Of a stretch of 64,000 bases of DNA, positions 1 to 8,283 are shown in pieces. The position numbers and the translations under genes are program-made. The notes beneath the pieces were generated by a model, which was not told the origin of the DNA, ran no database searches, and was given only the letters and a program-made list of their open reading frames with translations. Each line of letters opens with the position of its first letter. Position 1 is the stretch's first letter. Origin of the DNA: Patescibacteria group bacterium (GTDB lineage Bacteria > Patescibacteriota > Minisyncoccia > Phycocordibacterales > CSBR16-119); the NCBI GenBank assembly GCA_030917865.1, contig JAUPTX010000002.1:40-64039 (forward strand). The letters run 5' to 3'.

Positions 1-1123
1 CTGAATTCATATAGTGAACAAAGACTCCGCCCTTTAGCGAGTTATTTCTTCTGATAGAGCCGACAGCAATGTCTGGCACCCCGTCGTTGTTTAAATCACC
101 AACTCCTTCTAAAGATGTTGCATAATTGTAAACAGTACCAAGACCAGTTGCGCCATTGGCGGTGTCTTTATCTATTTTTACACTAGAATCAATTGACCCG
201 TCGGTGTTCATAAAGTGAATATAAAAATAACTTCCAGTTGAGTCAGATATACTATCTGCGCCAACAGCAATGTCTGTGACCCCGTCGTTGTTTAAATCAC
301 CGATGTTTGCAACCGCCCCTCCGTAACCATCTGCAGCAAGTGTTGTTGGTCCATTTGTTGTAGAGCCATCGATTTTTACAGTAGAATCTATAGACCCGTC
401 AGTGTTCATAAAATGTATGAATGCTGCACCTCTAGCTGAACCACCAGCAGAATCAAAAGACGCACCAACGAGAAGGTCCGCAACCCCATCGTTGTTTAAA
501 TCACCAATACTATCTATGGAAGAACCATAGTGGTCATTTCCGTCTATGTTTCTAGTTGTACTAGGGCCATTTGCTGTATTTCTGTCTATTATAGAGGTTG
601 AATCAATTGACCCGTCGGTGTTCATAAAATGAACAAAAACCCTTCCTGTGTAAATTGAACTGTTATTAAAATAAGAAAGTGCGCCAATTGCAATATCACG
701 AACTCCATCGTTATTCAAATCGCCTATTCCAGCGACAGACCAACCATACCTAAAGTTATCAAAACCAAGAGTTGCACCATTGGTTGTTGTTCCATCCAAC
801 TTAATAGTGGACTTAACAGAGCCGTTATTATTCATAAAGTGAATATATGCTGCACCGTAATTTGCACCTCCAGTGTCGTCAACAGGAGCGCCAACTAAAA
901 TATCGTCAACATTGTCACCATCTAAGTCACCAATATTTGCAATAGAAAATCCGTATATTTTAGTTGTAACATCTGGGACATTTGTAGTAGATGAATTTAT
1001 CTTAATAACATCTAAAGAATCAATCGCCGCAAATATTTTTTTATCAACAAAAACAAAATACGATACGACAATAAGAGCCAAAGAAAGCAACGCCAAAATA
1101 TAAGAATGTTTTTTTCTTACCAT
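1..1123 (-). CDS. FG-GAP (integrin-alpha type) repeat protein with N-terminal signal/TM segment; 3' end cut by the window edge, so absent from the ORF track
   Basis: Manual minus-strand translation from the ATG at complement(1121..1123) gives MVRKKHSYILALLSLALIVVSYF... followed by at least five repeats of the type GDLNNDGV(x)DIAVGA...FIHFMNTDGSIDS. These DxNxDGxxD loops are typical of FG-GAP/VCBS repeats. No stop codon before position 1. Confidence 0.75.
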   Translation of the reverse strand, partial: MVRKKHSYILALLSLALIVVSYFVFVDKKIFAAIDSLDVIKINSSTTNVPDVTTKIYGFSIANIGDLDGDNVDDILVGAPVDDTGGANYGAAYIHFMNNNGSVKSTIKLDGTTTNGATLGFDNFRYGWSVAGIGDLNNDGVRDIAIGALSYFNNSSIYTGRVFVHFMNTDGSIDSTSIIDRNTANGPSTTRNIDGNDHYGSSIDSIGDLNNDGVADLLVGASFDSAGGSARGAAFIHFMNTDGSIDSTVKIDGSTTNGPTTLAADGYGGAVANIGDLNNDGVTDIAVGADSISDSTGSYFYIHFMNTDGSIDSSVKIDKDTANGATGLGTVYNYATSLEGVGDLNNDGVPDIAVGSIRRNNSLKGGVFVHYMNS

Positions 1124-1147
1124 CTTGATAATTATACCAAGAAAAAA

Positions 1148-2269
1148 TTAATTACTTTTATTTTTTGTGGAGAAAGATATTTCTACCATCTCTGGGGTGT
1201 TTAGAAGTCTTATTGGCGGACCAGAAGTTCCGACACCGCTGGTTGTTATTACACTTAAATCCTCAAAATCATTTAAACCATAATGATATTTTCCATAAAT
1301 AGCGCGAGTTATATATCTAAGTGGCCAAAACTGCCCCCTGTGTGTGTGGCCTGAGAACATTAAATCAAAGCCTATTTCTTCCGCTTCTTCATAGAAAATC
1401 GGTGCGTGGTTTAAAAGTATTGAAAAATCGGTTAATTTATTTTCAAAATTTTTAATAACAGGTAAAGCTTCATCTATTTCATCTTTTGACCTATAAACAA
1501 TTCCAACCACTGAAACATCTTCGTACGATCCAAGCCCGTCTTCAAGAACAATAAAACCGGATTTCTCTGCTGAATCTAAAAACTTTTCATAATTTCCGTA
1601 TTCTTCGTGGTTGCCAGGTATAAAAAATACCGGAACTTTTTCTGAAAGTTTCTTCCAGCTATTTTCTATTTCTTCTGTGGAAACATCTGGGCCGTCAAAA
1701 AAGTCCCCGGCTAAAAACACCACATCAGGATTCTTCTCTATTATTTTATTCACCAAACGATTTGCAGCTTTTTTATGATTAACCAAACCGTAGTGAGTAT
1801 CAGAAACTAAAATTATCTTTTTATCTTCCAAAGAAGCAGGGATATTTTCTTTTTCTACCACATAGGAAATTACTTTTAAATCTCTGGCTTGCACAAAAGC
1901 AAATACAGAAATAAAACAAGAAATAACAAAAGCACCAATTGGTATAAATGACGGCAACGGCTTTCTTATTATTTTAAAAACAAGATAAGCTAAAGAAATT
2001 AAAATCGCACCAACCAAAAAGTAGAAAGCAAGCCCCGCTCCAATACTCATCAAAGAATAAATATATTTTACAAACTCAAGATTTGAAGACCGACTTAAGG
2101 CGTTTGCAAAAATAAACAGAAACGGAAAGAGAAATCCTAAAACCCGCACAATATATGCTAGCTTTTGATTCATTTTAATAGTTTTCGTATAAACAAAAGC
2201 TGTAAAATACGAAAGTGCCAAAGTTGTAAGACTTACCGAAAGTAAAAATAAAAGCGCTTGTTTTGTCAT
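1148..2269 (-). CDS. membrane-anchored calcineurin-like metallophosphoesterase
   Basis: About 150 aa of hydrophobic helices at the N-terminus, then phosphoesterase motifs DTHYG, GDFFDG, GNHE and GHTHRGQ. Confidence 0.75.
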   Translation of the reverse strand: MTKQALLFLLSVSLTTLALSYFTAFVYTKTIKMNQKLAYIVRVLGFLFPFLFIFANALSRSSNLEFVKYIYSLMSIGAGLAFYFLVGAILISLAYLVFKIIRKPLPSFIPIGAFVISCFISVFAFVQARDLKVISYVVEKENIPASLEDKKIILVSDTHYGLVNHKKAANRLVNKIIEKNPDVVFLAGDFFDGPDVSTEEIENSWKKLSEKVPVFFIPGNHEEYGNYEKFLDSAEKSGFIVLEDGLGSYEDVSVVGIVYRSKDEIDEALPVIKNFENKLTDFSILLNHAPIFYEEAEEIGFDLMFSGHTHRGQFWPLRYITRAIYGKYHYGLNDFEDLSVITTSGVGTSGPPIRLLNTPEMVEISFSTKNKSN

Positions 2270-2318
2270 AGATTAAATATTACCACATTTATTACAAACA
2301 AAGACTTTTTACCACGTA

Positions 2319-2346
2319 TTGCAAAAAAATCATAAATAGGTAAAAT
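2319..2346 (+). promoter_or_regulatory. sigma70-like promoter for tRNA-Ala (-35 TTGCAA, 16-nt spacer, -10 TAAAAT)
   Basis: TTGCAA at 2319-2324 and TAAAAT at 2341-2346, 11 nt upstream of the tRNA 5' end. Confidence 0.4.
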
Positions 2347-2357
2347 GTATATCACTT

Positions 2358-2430
2358 GGGCCTATAGCTCAGTTGGTAGAGCAGTCGCTTTGCAAGCGAA
2401 AGGTCAGGAGTTCGAATCTCCTTAGGTCCA
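2358..2430 (+). tRNA. tRNA-Ala (anticodon TGC)
   Basis: Hand-folded cloverleaf: acceptor GGGCCTA/TAGGTCC with the G3:U70 wobble diagnostic of tRNA-Ala. D-arm GCTCAGTTGGTAGAGC, anticodon loop TTTGCAA, T-arm AGGAGTTCGAATCTCCT, discriminator A. No encoded CCA. Confidence 0.9.
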
Positions 2431-2435
2431 CAACT

Positions 2436-2470
2436 TAAATAGCGGCGCCCGCAGGGCGCCGCTATTTAAT
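2436..2470. terminator. bidirectional intrinsic terminator between tRNA-Ala (+) and ddl (-)
   Basis: Near-perfect palindrome ATAGCGGCGCCC-GCAG-GGCGCCGCTAT flanked by A/T runs on both sides. Confidence 0.6.
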
Positions 2471-3477
2471 TATCTATCTAATTTTCTTCTTATTAAATGG
2501 TCTATCCAGACATGATCTGGGCAACCAACTTCAGACATCATAGAAGGTAATATCTCCCCTTCGCCAAGTATCGGCTGACTGTCGACTTCGATAACATATA
2601 TTCCGCCCTTTGGAGAAATTATCAGGTTCGCTGTTGAATAATCCTTTAAATCAAACTCTTTGTGTAAAGTTTTAATTATGTCGTTTATAGCATCTTTATG
2701 CTCTTCTAATTTATTGTTTAAAATTTTAAGAGAATGCTTTTTGTTAAACCTCGTTTCATAGTCGAGTATTTTTCCAGGCTTTTGAATTTCAAAAGGAGGT
2801 AAAACATATTCTTCCTCACCACGAAGCCCATTTATTATTCCAGAAACGACCTCTGTTCCTTCTATGTATTCTTCGACAATTATTTCATCAAATCTGTCAG
2901 CCAAATCATTTAAAAGATAAATTAATTCTGAAAAAGTCGTAACCAGATACGTAAAAGTAGAAGCAGATCCAAGTATCGGTTTTACAACCCAAGGCGGATT
3001 TATTTTCTTGAAAATCTCCATAGCCTTTTTACGCATAAATTCAATCTGTTCTTTTTCATCCTCCATCTTAAGAAGACCTTGTAAAATAAAATATCTAGGC
3101 GTTTTAAGTCCAATATCTTCTAGTCTTTGTTTCTTTTTTTGCTTATTAGCTGTCATTGAAGAAGAAAAAGGATCAGAGCCAACATATGGAACACCGAGCT
3201 CGTCTAAGAAATCTTGGAGCTTTCCATCTTCACCATAAACACCGTACAAGGTATTAAAAACAACATCAACATATTTTTTTAAATCCCTTGGCTCCATTGG
3301 TAGACCTTTTTTGTGCCAAGTTCCATCTTTTGTAATCAAAATATCAACAGCCTCATATCTGTCTTTTGGAATGTGATTTAAAATATATGATCCAGCCGCA
3401 AGTGACATGTAGTATTCAGGAGTCACTCCGCCACGTATAACACCAACACGAATTTTAGAATTAGAATCCATATCCAT
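2470..3477 (-). CDS. ddl: D-alanine--D-alanine ligase-like ATP-grasp enzyme
   Basis: N-terminal KIRVGVIRGG...E..VSL motif, central ATP-grasp block (VVKP, EIIVEEYIEGTEVVSGII) and C-terminal EVDSQPILGEGEILPSMM segment resembling the Ddl C-terminal domain. Confidence 0.65.
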   Translation of the reverse strand: MDMDSNSKIRVGVIRGGVTPEYYMSLAAGSYILNHIPKDRYEAVDILITKDGTWHKKGLPMEPRDLKKYVDVVFNTLYGVYGEDGKLQDFLDELGVPYVGSDPFSSSMTANKQKKKQRLEDIGLKTPRYFILQGLLKMEDEKEQIEFMRKKAMEIFKKINPPWVVKPILGSASTFTYLVTTFSELIYLLNDLADRFDEIIVEEYIEGTEVVSGIINGLRGEEEYVLPPFEIQKPGKILDYETRFNKKHSLKILNNKLEEHKDAINDIIKTLHKEFDLKDYSTANLIISPKGGIYVIEVDSQPILGEGEILPSMMSEVGCPDHVWIDHLIRRKLDR

Positions 3478-3516
3478 ATTTTACACGAAAATATTTTTAT
3501 ACGTTTGTGGATTAAA

Positions 3517-4725
3517 CTATTTCTTTCCCAAAAACTTCTTCCCCCTCAAATCCTTATGATATTTAATAGAAAATCTATGGGCTTCAGCATTTACTAAAAC
3601 TATCGCGTCTTCTCTTCCTTTTATATAATCTTTTCCGCCCAAAATAGCTTTTGGTTTATGTCTTTCGTCTTTTACCACAGCCACAACTGGTATCACCGCG
3701 CCGATTTCATTTAACACTTTTTCAGCCGCGCGCTTTTGAGCCACAGACCCATCGACAACAATCATATTTGGATAGACCCATTCTGTATGAGCAAAACGCC
3801 GTAAAAGCATCTCACGAAGAGCGCCGACGTCGTTAGATTTATCAAATCCTTTTATTTTAAATTTTCGATACTCACTATTTTCTGGCACACTGTTTGTGAC
3901 AACGGTCATAACCCCCACCATCTCGCTTCCGCCAGTATGAGAAACATCGTATCCTTCAATACGAAAAGTTTTTTCTCTGTTTTCTATTCCCTCTTTTTTA
4001 ATTAAGGAAATATCTTTTATATGATCAAGTGCAAAAATTCTTTTCTTTAAAACATTTGCTTCTTCAAATCGTTCCTCTTTTGCGAGCTCCATCATTTCTT
4101 TTTCGAGTCTTTTTACAACATCTCTTTTTTTACCCTTAAAAAACAAAATCAGGTTCTCTATATTCTGTTCATAGGCTTTTATAAAATTAGAATCAGAAGA
4201 ATCTGGCGCAAGACCGATTTGTCTGTAAAATTCTTTTTGATCTTTCTTTATAGAATTTTCATCTTGAAACGGGAAAATCCTTCGGATTATCCTCATCGCT
4301 TCGCGTATAACAGAACCGTTTGGAAAAGGTCCAAATGTTGTTTTGAATTTCAGCCCCAGCTTTTCAACTTCTCTTTGGCGAACAGTCAAAACTTTTGGAA
4401 TATCTTCTTTAGTTATGCCGACGACATAAAAACTTTTATCATCTTTCTCTTTTGTGTTAGCTGCCGGCTGGTGTTTTTTAATTAGATTCGCTTCAAGTAT
4501 CAAAGCTTCGAGAACAGAGTCCGTCTCAAAAAATTTTACTTCGTCTGACTTTGTCACCATATCCAAAATAACAGGTCCGCGAGTATTAAATAAATCTTTT
4601 CCAAAATAACTTTTTACACGAGAGTGGAGTGAGGTTGCTTTTCCGATATACAAAATCTGCCCCTTTTCCAGGAACATATAAACACCCGGAGAATCTGGTA
4701 ATTTAGGCAAATCTTTACTTTTCAT
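3517..4725 (-). CDS. uvrC: excinuclease ABC subunit C (short form: GIY-YIG + UVR + RNase-H-like endonuclease domain; no C-terminal helix-hairpin-helix pair)
   Basis: GIY-YIG N-terminus (PGVYMFLEKGQILYIGKATSLHSRVKSYF), a UVR motif (EEANVLKKRIFALDHI), and a C-terminal block GYDVSHTGG...MIVVDGSVAQ...VVAVVKDERH typical of the UvrC 3'-incision domain. Only 402 aa. Confidence 0.8.
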   Translation of the reverse strand: MKSKDLPKLPDSPGVYMFLEKGQILYIGKATSLHSRVKSYFGKDLFNTRGPVILDMVTKSDEVKFFETDSVLEALILEANLIKKHQPAANTKEKDDKSFYVVGITKEDIPKVLTVRQREVEKLGLKFKTTFGPFPNGSVIREAMRIIRRIFPFQDENSIKKDQKEFYRQIGLAPDSSDSNFIKAYEQNIENLILFFKGKKRDVVKRLEKEMMELAKEERFEEANVLKKRIFALDHIKDISLIKKEGIENREKTFRIEGYDVSHTGGSEMVGVMTVVTNSVPENSEYRKFKIKGFDKSNDVGALREMLLRRFAHTEWVYPNMIVVDGSVAQKRAAEKVLNEIGAVIPVVAVVKDERHKPKAILGGKDYIKGREDAIVLVNAEAHRFSIKYHKDLRGKKFLGKK

Positions 4726-4761
4726 AAAATAAATATATCATAAATTAAAACCCCAGCACCC

Positions 4762-4983
4762 ATGAAAGACCAAAAGGTTCACAACAAAGAAAAGCTTAAG
4801 GCTTTCGACCAGCAAGATTGGATAACTGTAGCAATTCTTATTTTGGCCTTTATCTTAGTATACGTGAGCATCTCTGAAGAATACGAACAAGAAGAACCAA
4901 AACAAGAGATGAAAAGCGAATGGAGATCGCCCACACAAGAAGATACAGTGTATTATGAGATCGCACCATCGCCCCCGCTCTAA
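4762..4983 (+). CDS. hypothetical small membrane protein (73 aa, one predicted TM helix)
   Basis: ORF with hydrophobic core ITVAILILAFILVYVSI, followed by a GC hairpin plus T-run. Slightly GC-richer than its neighbours. Confidence 0.35.
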   Translation: MKDQKVHNKEKLKAFDQQDWITVAILILAFILVYVSISEEYEQEEPKQEMKSEWRSPTQEDTVYYEIAPSPPL

Positions 4984-5006
4984 TAAGAGTCGGGGGTTTA
5001 TTTTTT
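4972..5006 (+). terminator. intrinsic terminator (hairpin CCCCCGCTC..GAGTCGGGGG + TTTATTTTTT)
   Basis: Seen directly; overlaps the 3' end of uvrA on the opposite strand. Confidence 0.5.
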
Positions 5007-7646
5007 AATCTTCTTCATTGCTCTCTTTGTCTTTAGTAAGGTTTTTCGAAGATACTGACCTGTAAACGACTTTTCATTATCGGCAACTTCTTCTGGAGTC
5101 CCCTTTGCAATAACCCTACCTCCATTTTGCCCTCCCTCTGGACCCAAGTCTACGATATAATCAACCACTTTTATAAGGTCCAAGTTGTGTTCGATAACCA
5201 CAACAGTATTTCCCTTCTGAACCAATTTATCTAAAACAGAAATCAAATTCGCCACATCATCGTAGTGAAGTCCAACCGTTGGCTCATCAAGTAAATATAT
5301 TGTTCGCTCTGTCATAGGTCTATAAAGCTCTGAAGAAATTTTTACACGTTGAGCCTCCCCACCAGATAGAGTTGTTGCGGGCTGGCCAATTTCCAAATAA
5401 CCAAGACCAACATCAGAAAGAGTTTTTAGTCTGTCATAAATAGCTGGAATATCTCCAAAAAATTCTATTCCTTCTTCCACCGTCATACGCAAAACCTCGT
5501 AAACGTTTTTGCCTTTGTATTTTACTTTTAGAGTCTCTTTATCAAATCTTTTTCCATCACAAACATCACAAGTCACATACACGGTCGGCAAAAAGTGCAT
5601 CTCTACAGCCTGTAGACCTTTTCCTTCACAGGCCTCACATCGTCCACCTTTTACGTTAAAAGAAAATCTATTTGCTTTCCACCCCCGAAAACGCGCTTCG
5701 TCTGTAGCCGCAAACATATCTCGAATATGACCCCATGCGCCGGTATAAGTCGCCAAGTTTGAACGTGGTGTTCGACCGATCGGAGACTGATCTATCAAGA
5801 TCGCACGTGACAAATTTTCTGTGCCGGAAAATTCAGCACAGTTAAAAGTTTTTGCGCTTCTGTATTTTCTTTCAAATCTTGCTTGTAAATTTTTATGCAA
5901 AACTTCGTAAAGGAAAGAAGATTTTCCAGAACCAGAAACTCCAGTAATAGCAGTCATACGACCCAAAGGTATTTCTGCGTTTATATTTTTTATATTGAAT
6001 ACTTTTGCACCTTTTATTTTTATCCAACCCTTGTTCGTATCGCGTCTTTTTTCCGGCAAAGGAATAACTTCTTCTTCTCTTAAATATGAAATTGTTCGAG
6101 AACCGCTTTTATCTTCTTTTCCTGACAAAAGTTTATCAAGATAATCAGCAACAACAATCTGACCGCCATGAACTCCGGCCTTTGGACCAATATCTACAAT
6201 ATAATCAGACGCATAAATAGTATCTTCATCGTGCTCAACCACAATTATAGTGTTTCCAAGGTCTCGTAAATCCTCTAAAGTTTTGATCAGCCTATCGTTA
6301 TCTCTTTGATGAAGTCCGATTGTCGGTTCGTCGAGCACATATAGTGCGCCCACAAGCCTGGACCCTAGCTGCGAAGCAAGTCTGATACGCTGCGATTCAC
6401 CACCAGAAAGCGTGCTTGCTTTTCGATCAAGAGTTAAATAATCTAGTCCAACATTTAACATGAACTTTAGCCTATCTTCTATTTCTTTTATAACAGAAAC
6501 AGAAATCTCGGTTTCTTTTTTAGAAAGTTTTAAACTTGTTATAAAATCATATGCATCTTTTATAGACTGATCTGTAAATTTCACAATATTCATTCCTTTT
6601 GATCTGTCGCCCAAAAACACATTTAAAGCCTCTTCACGAAGTCTGGCCCCACCACAAGTATCACAAATCTCATCCCCAAAGAAATTTTTAGTACCAAGCC
6701 CGTTACAATCAGGACACGCACCATATGGAGAGTTAAAAGAAAAAAGTCTTGGCTCTATTTCAGGAAAAGTATATCCGTCATCTGGACAAATAAGTTTAGC
6801 GGAAAGTAAAATATTTTCTAGATCTTCACCCTTATTATGAAAATCAGAAACAACGATTCTAATAAATCCGTCAGATTCGTTTATGGCTCGCTCTATTGCT
6901 TCTGACAAACGCATATCAAAATCCTCGCTAGAATTTATTGCCTCACTAAAAGAAAAAGAATCGATTAGTAAATCTATCTCATGTTTTTTTGTTTTTGAAA
7001 GAGTTATAGAGTCACGTAAATTTTTAACAGCGCCATCAACACGCACTTTCGAATACCCCTTTCCTAAAAAGTCGTAAAGCATCTGATAGTATTCCCCCTT
7101 TCTTCCGCGAACAACAGGTGAATAAATATGCACAGAATCTTCTGTGTACTCTACACCCATCACTTCTTTTTTATTTGGAGAATTTTTCAAACCTCTGATT
7201 TTATTTTTTACAAATTCAGAAATTTCTTGATTTGAAAGTTTCTTAATTTCTTTTCCAGAAATAGGACTGTAAGGCCTGCCAATACGCGCATAAAGAACAC
7301 GCAGATAGTCGTAAATTTCTGTTATTGTGGCAACGGTAGAACGAGGGTTATTTGACCTTGATTTTTGATCAATAGAGATTGCTGGTGAAAGACCGGTGAT
7401 TTCATCGACGTCAGGCTTTGGCATTTGAGAAAGAAATTGACGCGCATAAGAAGAAAGCGACTCTACGTAACGACGTTGACCTTCTGCGAAAATTGTATCA
7501 AAAGCAAGCGAAGACTTTCCAGAACCAGAAAGACCAGTAAAAACCACCATTTTATTTCTTGGCATTTCAACACTTATATTTTTAAGATTATGAGTTTTTG
7601 CCCCACGAACCACTATTTTCCCCGCCTCAAATTCTTGTTTTTTCAT
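4998..7646 (-). CDS. uvrA: excinuclease ABC subunit A
   Basis: Two ABC ATPase modules with Walker A motifs GLSGSGKSS and [12 protein letters not shown] signatures LSGGESQR and LSGGEAQR, and zinc-finger cysteine clusters ([16 protein letters not shown]). Confidence 0.95.
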   Translation of the reverse strand: MKKQEFEAGKIVVRGAKTHNLKNISVEMPRNKMVVFTGLSGSGKSSLAFDTIFAEGQRRYVESLSSYARQFLSQMPKPDVDEITGLSPAISIDQKSRSNNPRSTVATITEIYDYLRVLYARIGRPYSPISGKEIKKLSNQEISEFVKNKIRGLKNSPNKKEVMGVEYTEDSVHIYSPVVRGRKGEYYQMLYDFLGKGYSKVRVDGAVKNLRDSITLSKTKKHEIDLLIDSFSFSEAINSSEDFDMRLSEAIERAINESDGFIRIVVSDFHNKGEDLENILLSAKLICPDDGYTFPEIEPRLFSFNSPYGACPDCNGLGTKNFFGDEICDTCGGARLREEALNVFLGDRSKGMNIVKFTDQSIKDAYDFITSLKLSKKETEISVSVIKEIEDRLKFMLNVGLDYLTLDRKASTLSGGESQRIRLASQLGSRLVGALYVLDEPTIGLHQRDNDRLIKTLEDLRDLGNTIIVVEHDEDTIYASDYIVDIGPKAGVHGGQIVVADYLDKLLSGKEDKSGSRTISYLREEEVIPLPEKRRDTNKGWIKIKGAKVFNIKNINAEIPLGRMTAITGVSGSGKSSFLYEVLHKNLQARFERKYRSAKTFNCAEFSGTENLSRAILIDQSPIGRTPRSNLATYTGAWGHIRDMFAATDEARFRGWKANRFSFNVKGGRCEACEGKGLQAVEMHFLPTVYVTCDVCDGKRFDKETLKVKYKGKNVYEVLRMTVEEGIEFFGDIPAIYDRLKTLSDVGLGYLEIGQPATTLSGGEAQRVKISSELYRPMTERTIYLLDEPTVGLHYDDVANLISVLDKLVQKGNTVVVIEHNLDLIKVVDYIVDLGPEGGQNGGRVIAKGTPEEVADNEKSFTGQYLRKTLLKTKRAMKKIKK

Positions 7647-7752
7647 AAATATTTATAAATACGCTAAATCCCCCTCCGGATGACCTTTGGGGTTTACAGG
7701 AAGACTATACCACACTTTATAAAGATAATTAATAGGCAATATTTTTCCACAT

Positions 7753-7781
7753 TTGACAATATCACAGCTTCAGGCTATGAT
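7753..7781 (+). promoter_or_regulatory. near-consensus sigma70-type promoter (-35 TTGACA, 17-nt spacer, -10 TATGAT) driving the small GC-rich ORF pair
   Basis: TTGACA at 7753-7758 and TATGAT at 7776-7781. Shares the context tTTGACAAt with four other cassette promoters in this window. Confidence 0.5.
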
Positions 7782-7847
7782 ACCAATCCGCCACAAACGG
7801 CAAGTTCTTTCAATAGACCGATCACAAACAAAAACCTTAAACACTGA

Positions 7848-8024
7848 ATGCACCTAACATTGGACTTCTTGAACGGATCACTTGGCTTACTAGCAATAGT
7901 GGCTGTGATCCTAGCGATGTGGGCAATCACACCTAGCGACAAAAAGCGAAGTGCGCGGATTGCCGAATTCAAACGAGTAGCACTCAGGGCACGAATTGGT
8001 TTCTACAACATCATTTCACGATGA
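7848..8024 (+). CDS. hypothetical small membrane peptide (58 aa); not in the supplied ORF track (under 60 aa)
   Basis: Manual translation gives MHLTLDFLNGSLGLLAIVAVILAMWAITPSDKKRSARIAEFKRVALRARIGFYNIISR*. One hydrophobic helix. Lies in a visibly GC-rich patch. The stop codon overlaps the next start (ATGA). Confidence 0.35.
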   Translation: MHLTLDFLNGSLGLLAIVAVILAMWAITPSDKKRSARIAEFKRVALRARIGFYNIISR

Positions 8025-8170
8025 AAGCAGAGCTGATTCTAACCATAGTACTACTCGTAGTCGGAACCATTGCATGCTTGGCATACAAGTATACCTTGTG
8101 CAACCCGATGAAGTGGAGGAGGAAGGTTGTTCACTGGAACAACAAACTCTTCAAGGAAAAGGCTGCGTAA
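8021..8170 (+). CDS. hypothetical small membrane peptide (49 aa), translationally coupled to the upstream ORF
   Basis: Manual translation gives MKAELILTIVLLVVGTIACLAYKYTLCNPMKWRRKVVHWNNKLFKEKAA*. A hydrophobic helix followed by a basic tail. A 4-nt ATGA overlap couples it to the previous ORF. Confidence 0.35.
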   Translation: MKAELILTIVLLVVGTIACLAYKYTLCNPMKWRRKVVHWNNKLFKEKAA

Positions 8171-8249
8171 CCAATCGACGCAGTGGAAAAGTTTGTGTGA
8201 TCCTCACTGGAGGAAGCACGAGTCTTACACCAAAGTGCAAGATCGCGAA

Positions 8250-8283
8250 GGCCGTCACGGGAGTGACGGCCTTCATTATTTTT
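8250..8283 (+). terminator. intrinsic terminator (GGCCGTCAC-GGGA-GTGACGGCC + TTCATTATTTTT)
   Basis: Perfect 9-bp GC-rich stem followed by a T-rich tract, closing the small-ORF cassette. The tail overlaps the uvrB stop on the other strand. Confidence 0.7.

Noticed and set aside
873-1103. 76-aa plus-strand ORF at the start of the window
   Set aside because: It lies entirely antisense to the much longer FG-GAP repeat reading frame, which has clear repeat structure and a signal peptide. Its composition is not protein-like.
3008-7077. Numerous 60-90-aa plus-strand ORFs inside ddl, uvrC and uvrA (3008..3238, 3651..3836, 4219..4485, 5509..5730, 5895..6083, 6883..7077)
   Set aside because: All are embedded antisense in long, confidently assigned minus-strand genes, with no independent signals.
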